The notes: generated by a model not told the origin, from the letters alone. A DNA stretch of 64,000 nucleotides from Octopus sinensis (GCF_006345805.1 NC_043014.1:40548001-40612000), one strand, 5' to 3'; positions 14,070-25,921 are shown, counted from the stretch's first letter. Program-made: numbers and translations.

Positions 14070-14825
14070 GAATATAAACCAGGTAAGCACACACAAGTTA
14101 ACCAGAGGGAATAAAGGCAGGTAAGCACACACAAAATAACTACAATGACCAGAGGGGATAAAATAGGATAATCACACACAAGATGACCAGAATGACCAAA
14201 GGACTGAAAATAGGGAAGAAGAATAAAATTGGTAAGCACACACAAGATGACTAGGATGACCAGGGGACACACACAAGGTCACCAGAATGACCAGAAGGAA
14301 TAAAAGCCAGTAAGCACACACAAGGTAGCCAGCTGGGTTAAGAACAGGTAAGCACACATAAAAGGACCAAATTGACCATAGGGAATAAAGCATGTAAGCA
14401 CACACAAGATGGCCAGAATGATCAGAGGGGGACAAAATAGGTAAGGAACCACAGGTTGAACAGAATGACTACAGGGAATAAAATAGGTAAGGACACCCAA
14501 GATGACCAGAATGATCAGAGGGAATAAAATAGGTGAGGATCTACAAGGTGAACAGAATGACAAGGGGGAATAAAATAAGCAAGGACATCCAAGATGACCA
14601 GAATGATCAAAAGGAATACAATAGGTAAGGATCCACAAAGTGACCAGAATGATCTGAGGAGAATAAAAAAAAAAGGTAAGGACCCACAAAATGATGAGAA
14701 TGACTAAAAAGGATAAAAGCAGGTAGCACACACAAAAGGACCAGATTGACCAGAGGGATCAAGGGGGATAAAAGCAGGTAAGCATATACAAGATGACCAA
14801 GAGGAATAAAATCATGTAAAAGCAC
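14070..14825. repeat. Degenerate ~45-60-bp tandem repeat
   Basis: Recurrent GGGAATAAAATAGGTAAGCACACACAAGATGACCAGAATGA. Confidence 0.85.
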
Positions 14826-15019
14826 AAAATATAAGCAGAAGAAATATTAGCTGAAAAGCTTTTTAAAAGATTATGATGACAGAAATATTTTAATTAGCAT
14901 TTTCGATAAATATTACAAATTATCATATTATTATATTAATCATAATCTAGACATTTTAGAAGTTTTATATTAAGGATCTCAATAGCAGAAAGCATAGAAA
15001 TACAATTAGCCTTATTTAC

Positions 15020-15214
15020 CCTTAATCCTCCTTTAATTGGACTTTCCATTAGGGATTTTTCCACCAATTTATCTGAAAGTTTGTGGAAGTTGGCTTTCTT
15101 CAGGAGGGTGTCCAAATGTTGAATAACTAGTTCTTCTTTGTCAATTCTTTCTTCCTCACTTAAATTCCTTGTTTGAATTGTGTCTTTGTCGGGATTAATA
15201 GGATCAAAAAGTCT
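15020..15214 (-). CDS. TMEM143: TMEM143 coding exon 4: RLFDPINPDKDT...LLKKANFHKLS...GGLR
   Basis: Acceptor ttgcag|AGA and donor AGG|gtaaat; 195 nt, phase 0 to 0. 'DPINPD' and 'ANF' motifs are typical of TMEM143. Confidence 0.92.
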
Positions 15215-15376
15215 CTGCAACAAATAAAATAAAACAAAGATATTAAAAGCAAAGTATATTTTAATAAAGTTAATTGCTAAAAGTTGAAGAGACTAAAAGT
15301 AGACAACATAAGAAGGAATAAGTTCAGTAAAGGTTTAACCTAATAACACCAAAAACCATCAATATTTATAAATCTT

Positions 15377-15905
15377 GTTGTGTTTAGGAATGGTCATTTT
15401 GCCAGTTTAGCCAATAAAAACACACGCACTATATATTTGGTGTTACTTTGCTTCAGTGTTATTTATTTTTTACATTAATCTTAATCTTATTTCGGCCAGA
15501 GTTCTTTTGTCACACTCCTGTGACCTCGTCAGTGGTCCTTTGCTTTCTTCTTTCTTATTTGTGTCTCTCCTTACTAACAGCTGACTGTTAGTGACCTCGT
15601 CAGTGGTCCTTTGCTTTCTTCTTTCTTATTTGTGTGTCTCTCCTTACTAACAGCTGACTGAGAGACACAAATAAGAAAGAAGAAAGCAAAGGACCACTGA
15701 CGAGGTCACAGGAGTGTGACGAAAGAACTCTGGCCAAAATAAGATTAAGATTAATGTAAAAAATGAATAACGCTGAAACAAAGTAACACCAAATATATAG
15801 TGCGTGTGTTTTTATTGCCTAAACTGGCAAAATGACCATTCCAAAATACCATATCTGTTTCAACACACGATTTCACATCAAAAATCTTGCAAAACAAATA
15901 CATAA
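15377..15905. mobile_element. Fold-back Penelope-like element with hammerhead and 13-bp TSD
   Basis: Inverted arms ~15386-15570 and 15661-15842 with an internal ~70-bp direct duplication. ATTTATAAATCTT is duplicated at 15364-15376 and 15906-15918. Confidence 0.75.
15691..15735 (+). ncRNA. Minimal type I hammerhead ribozyme motif
   Basis: GGACCA-CTGACGA-G-GTCACA(GGAG)TGTGAC-GAAA-GAAC-TC-TGGCC. Helix II is 6 bp, helix III is 2 bp, there is one extra nucleotide after A9, and predicted cleavage is after C15730. Confidence 0.65.
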
Positions 15906-16489
15906 ATTTATAAATCTTTTTTTGGCATATTTAAGGGTAAGGTGTTAGTCTGATGCACACAAAATTAAACATTTTTTTACATATGTGGTTTTGTGATTAA
16001 GAAATTCACTGTGCAACCATTGCAAGTTCAATTCCATTGTGTGGCACCTTCAGCAAATATCTTCTACTTTAGTCACAGATTAAACAATGCCTTTTGAGAG
16101 GAATTTGGTTAACAAAAGCTGAGCAAAAAACTTGTTTTGCATACACACATACATATATAAACATGTATATATGTTTGTGAATTTGTGTTGCAAGATTCCT
16201 GATGTGAAACCGTGTGTTGAAACAGATATATAACAACATGTCGGTGGCTAGTAAAACCACCCACTACACTCTCGGAGTGGTTGGCATTAGGAAGGGCATC
16301 TAGCTGTAGAAACTCTGCCAGATCAGATTGGAGTCTGGTGCAGCCATTTGGTTCGCCAGACCTCAGTCAAATCGTCCAACCCATGCCAGCATGGAAAGCG
16401 AACGTTAAACGATGATGATGATGATACCTATGTATATATATATAGATATATATACATATACATGTACACACATGTATGTATGTATGTGA

Positions 16490-16860
16490 ATGACAATGAC
16501 CTTTTTATGTGCACAGTCTGTGACAGACCATGCCTGTCTTTTGCTGGCCTAAAATCTCATCTGCGAACACATGGAAAATGAACCTCCACCAACTATTCAG
16601 ACTATATGTCTGTGCACACCTTTGAATGCAGTGTATGCCATAAGGTTTGCAAATCCAACAGAGGCCCCAAAAAACATTTTAAGATCCACAAAGAGCAGAA
16701 CTTATCTGCAGCTTTTGGTGATCCAAATCAGAGGTGCAATCTATGTGGGTGTCTTTTCAGAACATTGTCTGGTTTAAAAAGCTACATCAGATGCCATGAT
16801 GGTGCTAAGGTGTAGGTACAGGAGGTGGTCAAATTCTGCATAAGGAGAACCACTATCATA
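16490..16860 (+). mobile_element. LINE (RTE-like) 3' fragment with three C2H2 zinc-finger repeats, frameshifted
   Basis: FMCTVCDRPCLSFAGLKSHLRTH, FECSVCHKVCKSNRGPKKHFKIH and CNLCGCLFRTLSGLKSYIRCH. No TGEKP linkers. Confidence 0.55.
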
Positions 16861-18521
16861 ATAATAAACAAAGGAATTCACTTTCTCTGCACCACCGTCT
16901 TCACCTCCAACTTAGTATTACCAACATCACTACAACTATCACAACAATCTCTAACACCAACATTGCTAATGTAGTCTATTATAATCACTACAGAAATCAC
17001 AGCAACAGGTGCACTAGCTATGAAGATGGGTTAGGTATATAGCAACGGTGATTGTGGTATATGACAAATGCATTACTTGTGAGAGTGTGGTACTGGGTTA
17101 AAGAAAAGTGGATCATTGTAGCTAATGGTGTTGGTGTATGTACTTGTACATGCAGGCATGGCTATGTGGTTCAGAAGGTACTTTATTTCATGATATTCCA
17201 GTCCATACAACAGAAAATCCACAACAACTGAAGGTGGATGAAGAGGAAGGATAACTTTGTGATGGACATGCATTCCATTTGGAGGAGATGGATCTTGTAC
17301 TCTCAGTAGCTTAAATACAACAGAAACAGAAATAAGCTCCAGCCAAATGAGCCTTTGATTCAAGCCAGACTTTGACTTTTAATATGTATGTGTATGTGTG
17401 TGTGTGTGTGTGGCACGTATATATATGGTGGGGGCTCAATGGCCCAGTGTAAAAGCACCAAAGGGAGGGGCTGGTGATTCAGACGATGATGAAGACCGGC
17501 TGTAGGAACCCAATCAATGCATCGTGATGGACTGGCGTCCCATCCAGGGACAAATATACACACTAGAGAAACTGGGAAATCATCCCTAAGTTCCCTATGG
17601 AGTAATGTGGACTAACCTGTCGATAATTATAATTTAATAAACTTTTGTGTTGTTAGAATATAAGAGAAATTATTGTTTTGTTGTTAGAGAATAAAACTAG
17701 TTGAATTAAATGAAATGAACAGAACTTCCAGTTTGTCATTCGACTTCTATTTCTAGCACAGAAATACTACAATGTCAGTTTTATGTTTTACCTCACAACA
17801 AATGAATATTAATTCACTACAGTACCTAAAAAAAAAACAAACAATGTACTTACAAAAGCAGTTATGAAGAAGATTGGAGCTATATGAGAAAGAAACAAAG
17901 AGATGAAACATATAAAAATATGCCAATGTTTCGTTAATATTAATCATGAAGGATGGAAGGGAGAGAAGTGGGGGATCAGATATCAAGGACTGTTGTGGTT
18001 TTGGGAGAGAAAACAGAAAAATTTCTTTAATTTTGAAGATGAAGTTAGAAAGAGGTTTTTTTTTATATATATATACGACAGGTTTCTTTCAGTTTCCGTC
18101 TACCATATCCACTCACAAGGTTTTGGTCGGCCTGAGACTATAGTAGGAGACACTTGCCCAAGGTGCCACGCAGGGGGAATGAGCCCAGAACTATGTGGTT
18201 GGTAAGCAAGCTACTTACAACACAGCCGCTCCTGTGCCTATATATATATATATATATATATAAACTCTTTAACTAGTTTCAACTTGAAAGCTGCAGTCAT
18301 GCTAAGACATCCCTTATGTATATATATATATATATATATATACTAAGCAATAAGGGTTTAGCAACGAGTTGCCTTACCACATACCGAATTTGAAATAGCA
18401 GTCAAAGGGTTATAGCTATTTCTTCTACTAAAAAGGGAGATCTCAGTAAAAACAGCATTTGGAAGGCAGACACAAACAGGTAAGAGAGAATGAATTGACT
18501 GCAATCTATCATACTTTTTTT

Positions 18522-18640
18522 TAGTTATCCACGGACGTACGTTTCGAAATCAAGTTTTAAGGAAAGCATAAGAATTAAATATTAAATATTAAATAATTCT
18601 ATCTTACCGAAACTTCTTTTCTCTTCAGCGTAGAATACTA
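18522..18640 (-). ncRNA. Type I hammerhead ribozyme motif (sense to TMEM143 pre-mRNA)
   Basis: Reverse complement of the same motif: TCTTCAG at 18622-18628 and GACGTACGTTTC at 18534-18545. Confidence 0.8.
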
Positions 18641-19121
18641 TAATCATAAATGATTATATATTGAATTTTGAGATACCAGAAGGCACCAACTCAACTCAGT
18701 ATCAGAGCGAGCTAGAATCCGCAACTGGTATCACCGAATTCAATTTGTGAATGAAACGACTGTGTCAACAGCCCCTTCCCACCCGCGTGTAGCCAAAACA
18801 AGATGCTGTGGTCATCTACTGAGATAAAATATGGTTATCCGTAATAATGAAGGGTGAAATTAATTAATTTGGAAAAATTATCAATTACACCAAGTAGTCT
18901 TCGGCATGTAAAAGCCTCATTCGAGGAAAATTTAAGTAATACTAAGCAATAAGGGTTTAGCAACGAGTTGCCTTACCACATACCGAATTTAGAAATAGCA
19001 GTCAAAGGGTTATAGCTATTTCTTCTACTAAAAAGGGAGATCTCAGTAAAAACAGCATTTGGAAGGCAGACACAAACAGGTAAGAGAGAATGAATTGACT
19101 GCAATCTATCATACATTTTTT

Positions 19122-19240
19122 TAGTTATCCACGGACGTACGTTTCGAAATCAAGTTTTAAGGAAAGCATAAGAATTAAATATTAAATATTAAATAATTCT
19201 ATCTTACCGAAACTTCTTTTCTCTTCAGCGTAGAATACTA
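19122..19240 (-). ncRNA. Type I hammerhead ribozyme motif (second minus copy)
   Basis: Same motif, exactly 600 nt from the other minus copy. Confidence 0.8.
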
Positions 19241-19415
19241 TAATCATAAATGATTATATATTGAATTTTGAGATACCAGAAGGCACCAACTCAACTCAGT
19301 ATCAGAGCGAGCTAGAATCCGCAACTGGTATCACCGAATTCAATTTGTGAATGAAACGACTGTGTCAACAGCCCCTTCCCACCCTCAAAATTCAATATAT
19401 AATCATTTATGATTA

Positions 19416-19534
19416 TAGTATTCTACGCTGAAGAGAAAAGAAGTTTCGGTAAGATAGAATTATTTAATATTTAATATTTAATTCTTATGCTTTCCTTAAA
19501 ACTTGATTTCGAAACGTACGTCCGTGGATAACTA
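19416..19534 (+). ncRNA. Type I hammerhead ribozyme motif
   Basis: CTGAAGA at 19428-19434. Helix II closes GAAA(19435-38)/TTTC(19507-10). GAAA at 19511-14; helix III AC-GTAC-GT; GTC with predicted cleavage after C19522. Helix I TCTACG/CGTGGA extends further with bulges. Confidence 0.8.
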
Positions 19535-20012
19535 AAAAAATGTATGATAGATTGCAGTCAATTCATTCTCTCTTACCTGTTTGTGTCTGCCTTCCAAATG
19601 CTTTTTACTGAGATCTCCCTTTTTAGTAGAAGAAATAGCTATAACCCTTTGACTGCTATTTCTAAATTCGGTATGTGGTAAGGCAACTCGTTGCTAAACC
19701 CTTATTGCTTAGTATTACTTAAATTTTCCTCGAATGAGGCTTTTACATGCCGAAGACTACTTGGTGTAATTGATATTTTTCCAAATTAATTAATTTCACC
19801 CTTCATTATTACGGATAACCATATTTTATCTCAGTAGATGACCACAGCATCTTGTTTTGGCTACACGCGGGTGGGAAGGGGCTGTTGACACAGTCGTTTC
19901 ATTCACAAATTGAATTCGGTGATACCAGTTGCGGATTCTAGCTCGCTCTGATACTGAGTTGAGTTGGTGCCTTCTGGTATCTCAAAATTCAATATATAAT
20001 CATTTATGATTA

Positions 20013-20131
20013 TAGTATTCTACGCTGAAGAGAAAAGAAGTTTCGGTAAGATAGAATTATTTAATATTTAATATTTAATTCTTATGCTTTCCTAAAAACT
20101 TGATTTCGAAACGTACGTCCGTGGATAACTA
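20013..20131 (+). ncRNA. Type I hammerhead ribozyme motif (second plus copy)
   Basis: CTGAAGA at 20025-20031 and GAAACGTACGTC at 20108-20119. The predicted cleavage site is 597 nt from the first plus copy. Confidence 0.8.
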
Positions 20132-20749
20132 AAAAAATGTATGATAGATTGCAGTCAATTCATTCTCTCTACCTGTTTGTGTCTGCCTTCCAAATGCTGT
20201 TTTTACTGAGATCTCCCTTTTAGTAGAAGAAATAGCTATAACCCTTTGACTGCTATTTCTAAATTCGGTATGTGGTAAGGCAACTCGTTGCTAAACCCTT
20301 ATTGCTTAGTATTACTTAAATTTTCTCGAATGAGGCTTTTACATGCCGAAGACTACTTGGTGTAATTGATTATTTTTCCAAATTAATTAATTTCACCCTT
20401 CATTATTACGGATATATTATATTAATATAATATATATATATATATATATATATGCATGTCTCTGTACATTTGCATGTTTTTGAGTTTGTAAACTGAGATT
20501 GTTTTCTGTTCTGGTTGTGTATTAAAAAAATGTGGTCACCTTACATATGAATGATGCAAGAATAGGCCAAGGTATACCAAAGAAAACTTGAGATGATATG
20601 ATATCAGACTTGAAGAGATTGCATCAAAAATGAGAAGACATAGAATGTTTCATTACTGATATCACCAACCAATTTGGGAATAAAAAAAAAAGAAAAACAA
20701 GAATAGAAATTTGAATAATGTTGATAATCTAAAACGATGTTTTATTTAC

Positions 20750-20909
20750 CTTAATATCTTGCAAAACACCTTGATATTTAGTAACGATGACATTATCAAG
20801 GGCTAGAGAAAATTCTACAAATTCTTCATGAACATCAGCTTGCAGGAGGTTTCCATTGTGCATAAGATGTTGAATGACAGAGTAACGTGTAATTGGGATA
20901 TAGTGTTCT
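20750..20909 (-). CDS. TMEM143: TMEM143 coding exon 3: EHYIPITRYSVIQHLMH...EFSLALDNVIVTKYQGVLQDIK
   Basis: Acceptor tttttag|A and donor AAG|gtaaat; 160 nt open frame, phase 2 to 0. Too short to appear in the ORF track; found by reading the minus strand. Confidence 0.85.
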
Positions 20910-21144
20910 CTAAAAAAGTAAAACAGAATTCATAACAAATTTAAACCAATATTTTTTTAATTTAGAGCAAATTAAAATTAAAATGGTAATATTTTAAGAA
21001 ACAAAAAGAAACTACATTTAAATAGCTTCAAATAGATGGAGAGCTGAAAAAGTTTTCCCTTTAAAACTAAATGTTCTAAATAGCTTTGGCTGAGGAGATA
21101 CAATGAGGTTGAAACACTATCCCAAAGTCACCTTACTCATATGA

Positions 21145-21445
21145 ATCAAGTCTTCTTCTTGTCTTGAGACAGCATTCACCCGGGGTGGGTAGAGCTGGCT
21201 TCATTCATCCTCAATGCTGCATCTCTCACAAACGCTGACCAGGCCTGGCGATTTGAGGCTAACGACCACGTGATCTCCAACCACTCCCTATTCCAGTGGC
21301 GAATGCCGTAGATATGGGGGCCTAGGTTGGGTTCCAGATCAGCCTTGACTGTCATCAGCCAGGTTTTTCGTTGTCCACTACATTGTTTTCGCCAACCCTG
21401 AAGGGGAGCTAGGGCAATTGCTTCGTCGATGAATTCTCCTGGTTG
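21145..21445 (-). mobile_element. RTE-clade LINE 3' end
   Basis: GWRKQCSGQRKTW...WNREW...LASNRQAWSAFVRDA is typical of RTE ORF C-termini. Short (AAG)n tail. Confidence 0.7.
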
Positions 21446-22587
21446 ACGACATGACCCAGCCAACACAGATGTCTTGTTAGGATGACTTGTCGGAGGGAGG
21501 TGATTTTTCCTCATGTTATGCATCAAGTGTATTATGAACACACATTTACCTCAAAGGAGAAGTTGTTCTCCTGTGATGAAGTGAAATACAATAGTGATTA
21601 CCATATACACATTTGATAGCATATACACATCTGATTCTCTGATTATCACTTGGCAGATATAAGGATGTATTGGAAAATAAACTATTTGCTGAATGCATAA
21701 ATAAGAGTCACAAATTCTTGTTAGATTCATTAATCAAGGGTAGCTTTGGCTGAGGTGACACAATGAAGTCGAAACCCAGGGCGTCCCAAAGTCTCCTTAT
21801 GCTTATGAATCAAGTGTGTTATGAAAACACATTCATTTGAAAAGAGAAGTTGTTCTACAATGACAAACTACAACAGCAATTAATATATGTGATCATATAT
21901 ATTCTTGTTTACATATGGCACGTAAAAAGCACCATCCGATCGTGGCCGTTGCCAGCCTCGTCTGGCATGTAAAAAGCACCCACTAAACTCATGGAGTGGT
22001 TGGCGTTAGGAAGGGCATCTAGCTGTAGAAACACTGCCAGATCAGACTGGGACTGATGTAGCCTTCTGGCTTCCCAGACCCCAGTTAAATCGTCCAACCC
22101 ATGCTAGCATATAAAGTGGACGTTAAACGATGATGATGATGAATGCCTGTATCATTGTAAACAAATCCAACAGTTTATCACTTAGTTTCTTTGATTGAAT
22201 GGGTTGCAGTAGCTCTGTAAATCCTCATTATTTATTTGTTACTCTTTTACTCGTTTCAGTCATTTGACTGTGGCCATGCTGGAGCACCACCTTTAGTCGA
22301 GCAAATCGATCTCAGGACTTATTCTTTGTAAGCCTAGTGCTTATTCTATCAGTCTCTTTTGCTGAACCACTAAGTTACAGGGATGTAAACACACCAGCAT
22401 TGGTTGTCAATAGGACCCTAGAAATATTACTGAAAACTCATTATTAGTTTGTCATCATCAATCCTTTAGTCACATCACTGTACAGAACTTGCAGTGGCCA
22501 CTTTTAAGAAAACCCTAATTTTATTTCTGTACAAAAAGTATGCTGTTTGGACAATATTTCCCTGGCATTTATGAATCATATAGTTAA

Positions 22588-22890
22588 TCTTTATATATAA
22601 AACTGAAGTTGTGTGTGTGTCTGTCAACTCCGATTTAGATTCCTAACTACTCCCACATTTTGCGGTGCAGTTTAACCAAAGGCGGGTATCTTATAGCCGT
22701 GATTCATATCGAGCCCTTCTGGGTATTAGCGCGTGTCTACGATGAGTCTACGATTAAAAAAAATTTACCATCATTTTTCCGCATTTTTAATGCATTTTTT
22801 GCTCGGTTTATATAAGGGAAGTAACTCTCTAAAAATGCTTATATAGTTATTTCCCTTACAAACCCGAGCAACGCCGGGCGATACTGCTAG
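22588..22890 (+). mobile_element. Non-autonomous Helitron
   Basis: A|TCTTTATATATAAAA start, subterminal hairpin CCCGAGCAACGCCGGG, and CTAG|T end. Confidence 0.78.
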
Positions 22891-24760
22891 TTAATAATAT
22901 AAAAAAATTATAAAAATGAAATAATAATGAAATTATTGTATACAGAGCTCAGGTGCACCACAACTGCTCAGGTGCACAAAATATACGATACATATTGCCA
23001 CTTTTGTTTCAACCATCAAAGCAACATGGGACTTATGAAAGGAAAGCCTTATATTATCCAGAAGAGGTAACTAAAAATCTGAAAAGGAGGACAATGTTGA
23101 GTACAAACTTATGAAAATGCTTTGGTCAGACAAAGTGTTGATATACAATTTTTTTCATGGAGCTGATACCTCAGATTCATAGAAGCAAAACAGCATGCCT
23201 TTCTCACCAGCATTATATGACTAAATAAAGCTACAGAAACTAGTGATAGCAGCAAAGAAAATGCAAGACTGTGAAAGGAATTCAGAAATGCAATGGAGCT
23301 TATGTGAATTTAAATTCTGCAAACATAAAAGTATGAATGTTGATGAAGACAAGTAACAGACATCAATAGATTGTATGTTATCCCATCGTGTTGTATCTCT
23401 GCCAGTCAAAGTATGAGAGAGAGAACATGATATAGGTGCAGTCATGACTGTGTAGTTAAGAAGCTTATTTTGGAACTACATGGTTTCGGGTGCAGTCCTA
23501 CTGCATAGCACTTTAGGCAAATGTTTTCCACTATAGCCCTGGATTGACCAATGCTTTGTGAATGAATGTGTGGAAGCTAAGGTGGTGATCTGGCAGAAAA
23601 ATTGGCACACCAGGCGAAATGCTTAGCAGTATTTCATCTGCTGTTATGTTCTGAGTTCAAATCCCACTGAGGCCGACTTTGCCTTTCATCCTTTCGGGGT
23701 CGATAAATTAAGTACCAGTTATGCACTGGGGTTGATGTAATCGACTTAATCCGTTTGTCTGTCGTTGTTTGTCCCCTCTATGTTTAGCCCCTTGAGGGTA
23801 GTAAAGAAATAGGTATTTCGTCTGCCGTTACATTCTGAGTTCAAATTCCGCTGAGGTCAACTTTACCTTTCATCCTTTCGGGGTCGATAAATTAAGTACC
23901 AGTTATGCACTGGGGTCGATGTAATCCACTTAATCCGTTTGTCTGTCCTTGCTTGTCCCCTCTATGTTTAGCCCCTTGTGGGCAGTAAGGAAATAGGCAT
24001 TTTGTCTGCCGCTACATTCTGAGTTCGAATTCCGCCGAGGTCGACTTTGCCTTTCATCCTTTCAGGGGTCGATAAATTAAGTACCAGTTACGCACTGGGG
24101 TCGATGTAATCGACTTAATTCGTTTGTCTGTCCTTGTTTGTTCCCTCTATGTTTAGTTCATTGTGGGCAATAAAGAAATAAAAAAGAATTAAGAAATTGT
24201 GTGGAAGCTTGTGTATATATCATCATCATCATCATCATCATTTAATGTCTGTTGTCCATGCTGGCATGGGTTGGATGGTGTGACCAGAGCTGGCAAGTGG
24301 TGGTGGTGGTGGTGGTGGAGGCTGCATCAAACCTCAATCTGATTTGGCATGGTTTCTACAGCTGGATGCCCTTCCTAACACCAACCACTTTACAGAGTGT
24401 GCTGCATGTTTTTACATGTCAATGCACAGGTGCTTTTATGTGACACTGCATAGGGACTTTATGTGGCACTGTACAGGTGATTTTTACATTTTGTCACATG
24501 GGCACTTTTACATGTCCCCACATGGATGCTTTTACATGGCACCACATGGATGCTTTTGCATGTCGTCACACGAATGCTTTTATGTGTCACCACACAGGCG
24601 CTTTTACATGGCGCTACACAGGCACTTTTATGTGGCACTACCATGAATGCTTTACACCACCAGAAGGATTGGTTTTAACACTACTGCTGCTGGGTACAGG
24701 ACTTCTTGCTAACACAGCCAGGTACCAGGTATTTTAGACCTTATATATATATATATATAT

Positions 24761-25580
24761 AAATTAGAAAAAAACCCCACCTTTTATCAATTCAAAATGA
24801 AAAATTAAATTACACCATCTAGAACAATATTATAATATTATATATATATATATATATATTATATTAAACATTATATATATTATAATATTATATATTATAA
24901 ATGTATATACGTATATATTAAATAAACGTAAATATATGTTTTATTTATTATTTTACATTATTTAATCATCGGTATATTTTTTTATATTTAATATTTCTAT
25001 TATATGTAATTTTCTAGATGGTGTACTTTAATTTTTCTTTTTGAATTGATAAAAGGTTGTTTTTTTCTAACTTATATATATATTTACTTTGTGAAATTTG
25101 ATTTAGTATTTCTAAATTGAATTTTTCCCTGTAAGTTTGAAATAATATTCCTTCAGATTATTATTATATATATATATATATATATAAATTAGAAAAAAAC
25201 CCCACCTTTTATCAATTCAAAATGAAAAATTAATTACACCATCTAGAACAATATTATAATATTATATATATTATATTAAACATTATATATATTATAAATA
25301 TTATATATTATAAATGTATATACGTATATATTAAATAAACGTAAATATATACGTTTTATTTATTATTTTACATTATTTAATCATCGGTATATTTTTTTAT
25401 ATTTAATATTTCTATTATATGTAATTTTCTAGATGGTGTACTTTAATTTTTCTTTTTGAATTGATAAAAGGTTGTTTTTTTCTAATTTATATATATATTT
25501 ACTTTGTGAAATTTGATTTAGTATTTCTAAATTGAATTTTTCCCTGTAAGTTTGAAATAATATTCCTTCAGATTATTATT
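24761..25580. repeat. Two tandem ~420-bp fold-back units separated and flanked by (TA)n
   Basis: Each unit has inverted arms (TTAGAAAAAAA..CCTTTTATCAATTCAAAA..ACACCATCTAGAA and its reverse complement). Confidence 0.8.
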
Positions 25581-25616
25581 ATATATTTATATATATATAT
25601 ATATATATGTATACAT

Positions 25617-25871
25617 AAATTTCTATAATTATAAGTATAATTATAATTAGGGTTCAGCAAAATTGCTTCACCACATACTGAAATTTAGAAATAGCAGTTA
25701 AATACTATTCTACTATCATAAGGTATCTCCTGAAGCAATTTTGCTGAACTCTAATTATAATTATGCTTATAATTATAGAATTTTTGTATAAGGTTACCGG
25801 TAATGGTTCTTTTAACATACCAAACTACTTGGTAAAATTATTAATTATTAATTGATTAATTAATTTTACCC

Positions 25872-25876
<5 letters not shown>
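25617..25876. mobile_element. (TA)n-flanked fold-back related to the 600-bp hammerhead unit
   Basis: Shares CCACATAC(C/T)GAA(A)TTTAGAAATAGCAGT and CTACTTGGT..AATTAATT..ACCCTT with 18341-20413. Inverted arms GGTTCAGCAAAATTGCTTCA / TGAAGCAATTTTGCTGAAC. Confidence 0.65.

Positions 25877-25921
<45 letters not shown>

Larger units (their letters stand above)
18341..20413. mobile_element. Non-autonomous Penelope-like/retrozyme-like element: tandem plus inverted ~600-bp units between (TA)n tracts
   Basis: Unit 18341-18939 is repeated at 18940-19384 (partial), followed by reverse-complement copies at 19385-20413. Copies are near-identical, have no ORF, carry four hammerhead motifs, and sit between (TA)n flanks. 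Confidence 0.8.

Noticed and set aside
14070-14825. Hydrophobic ORFs and repeated AGGTAAG donor-like words
   Set aside because: It is a tandem repeat, and the donor-like words are antisense to TMEM143.
16348-16815. C2H2 zinc-finger gene from the cephalopod ZNF expansion
   Set aside because: It is frameshifted, lacks TGEKP linkers, and its finger pattern matches RTE LINE C-termini.
25125-25160. CTGAAGG..AAAC motif on the minus strand of the 420-bp fold-back unit
   Set aside because: The core is incomplete (no CUGANGA or GAAA), so it is not called a ribozyme.
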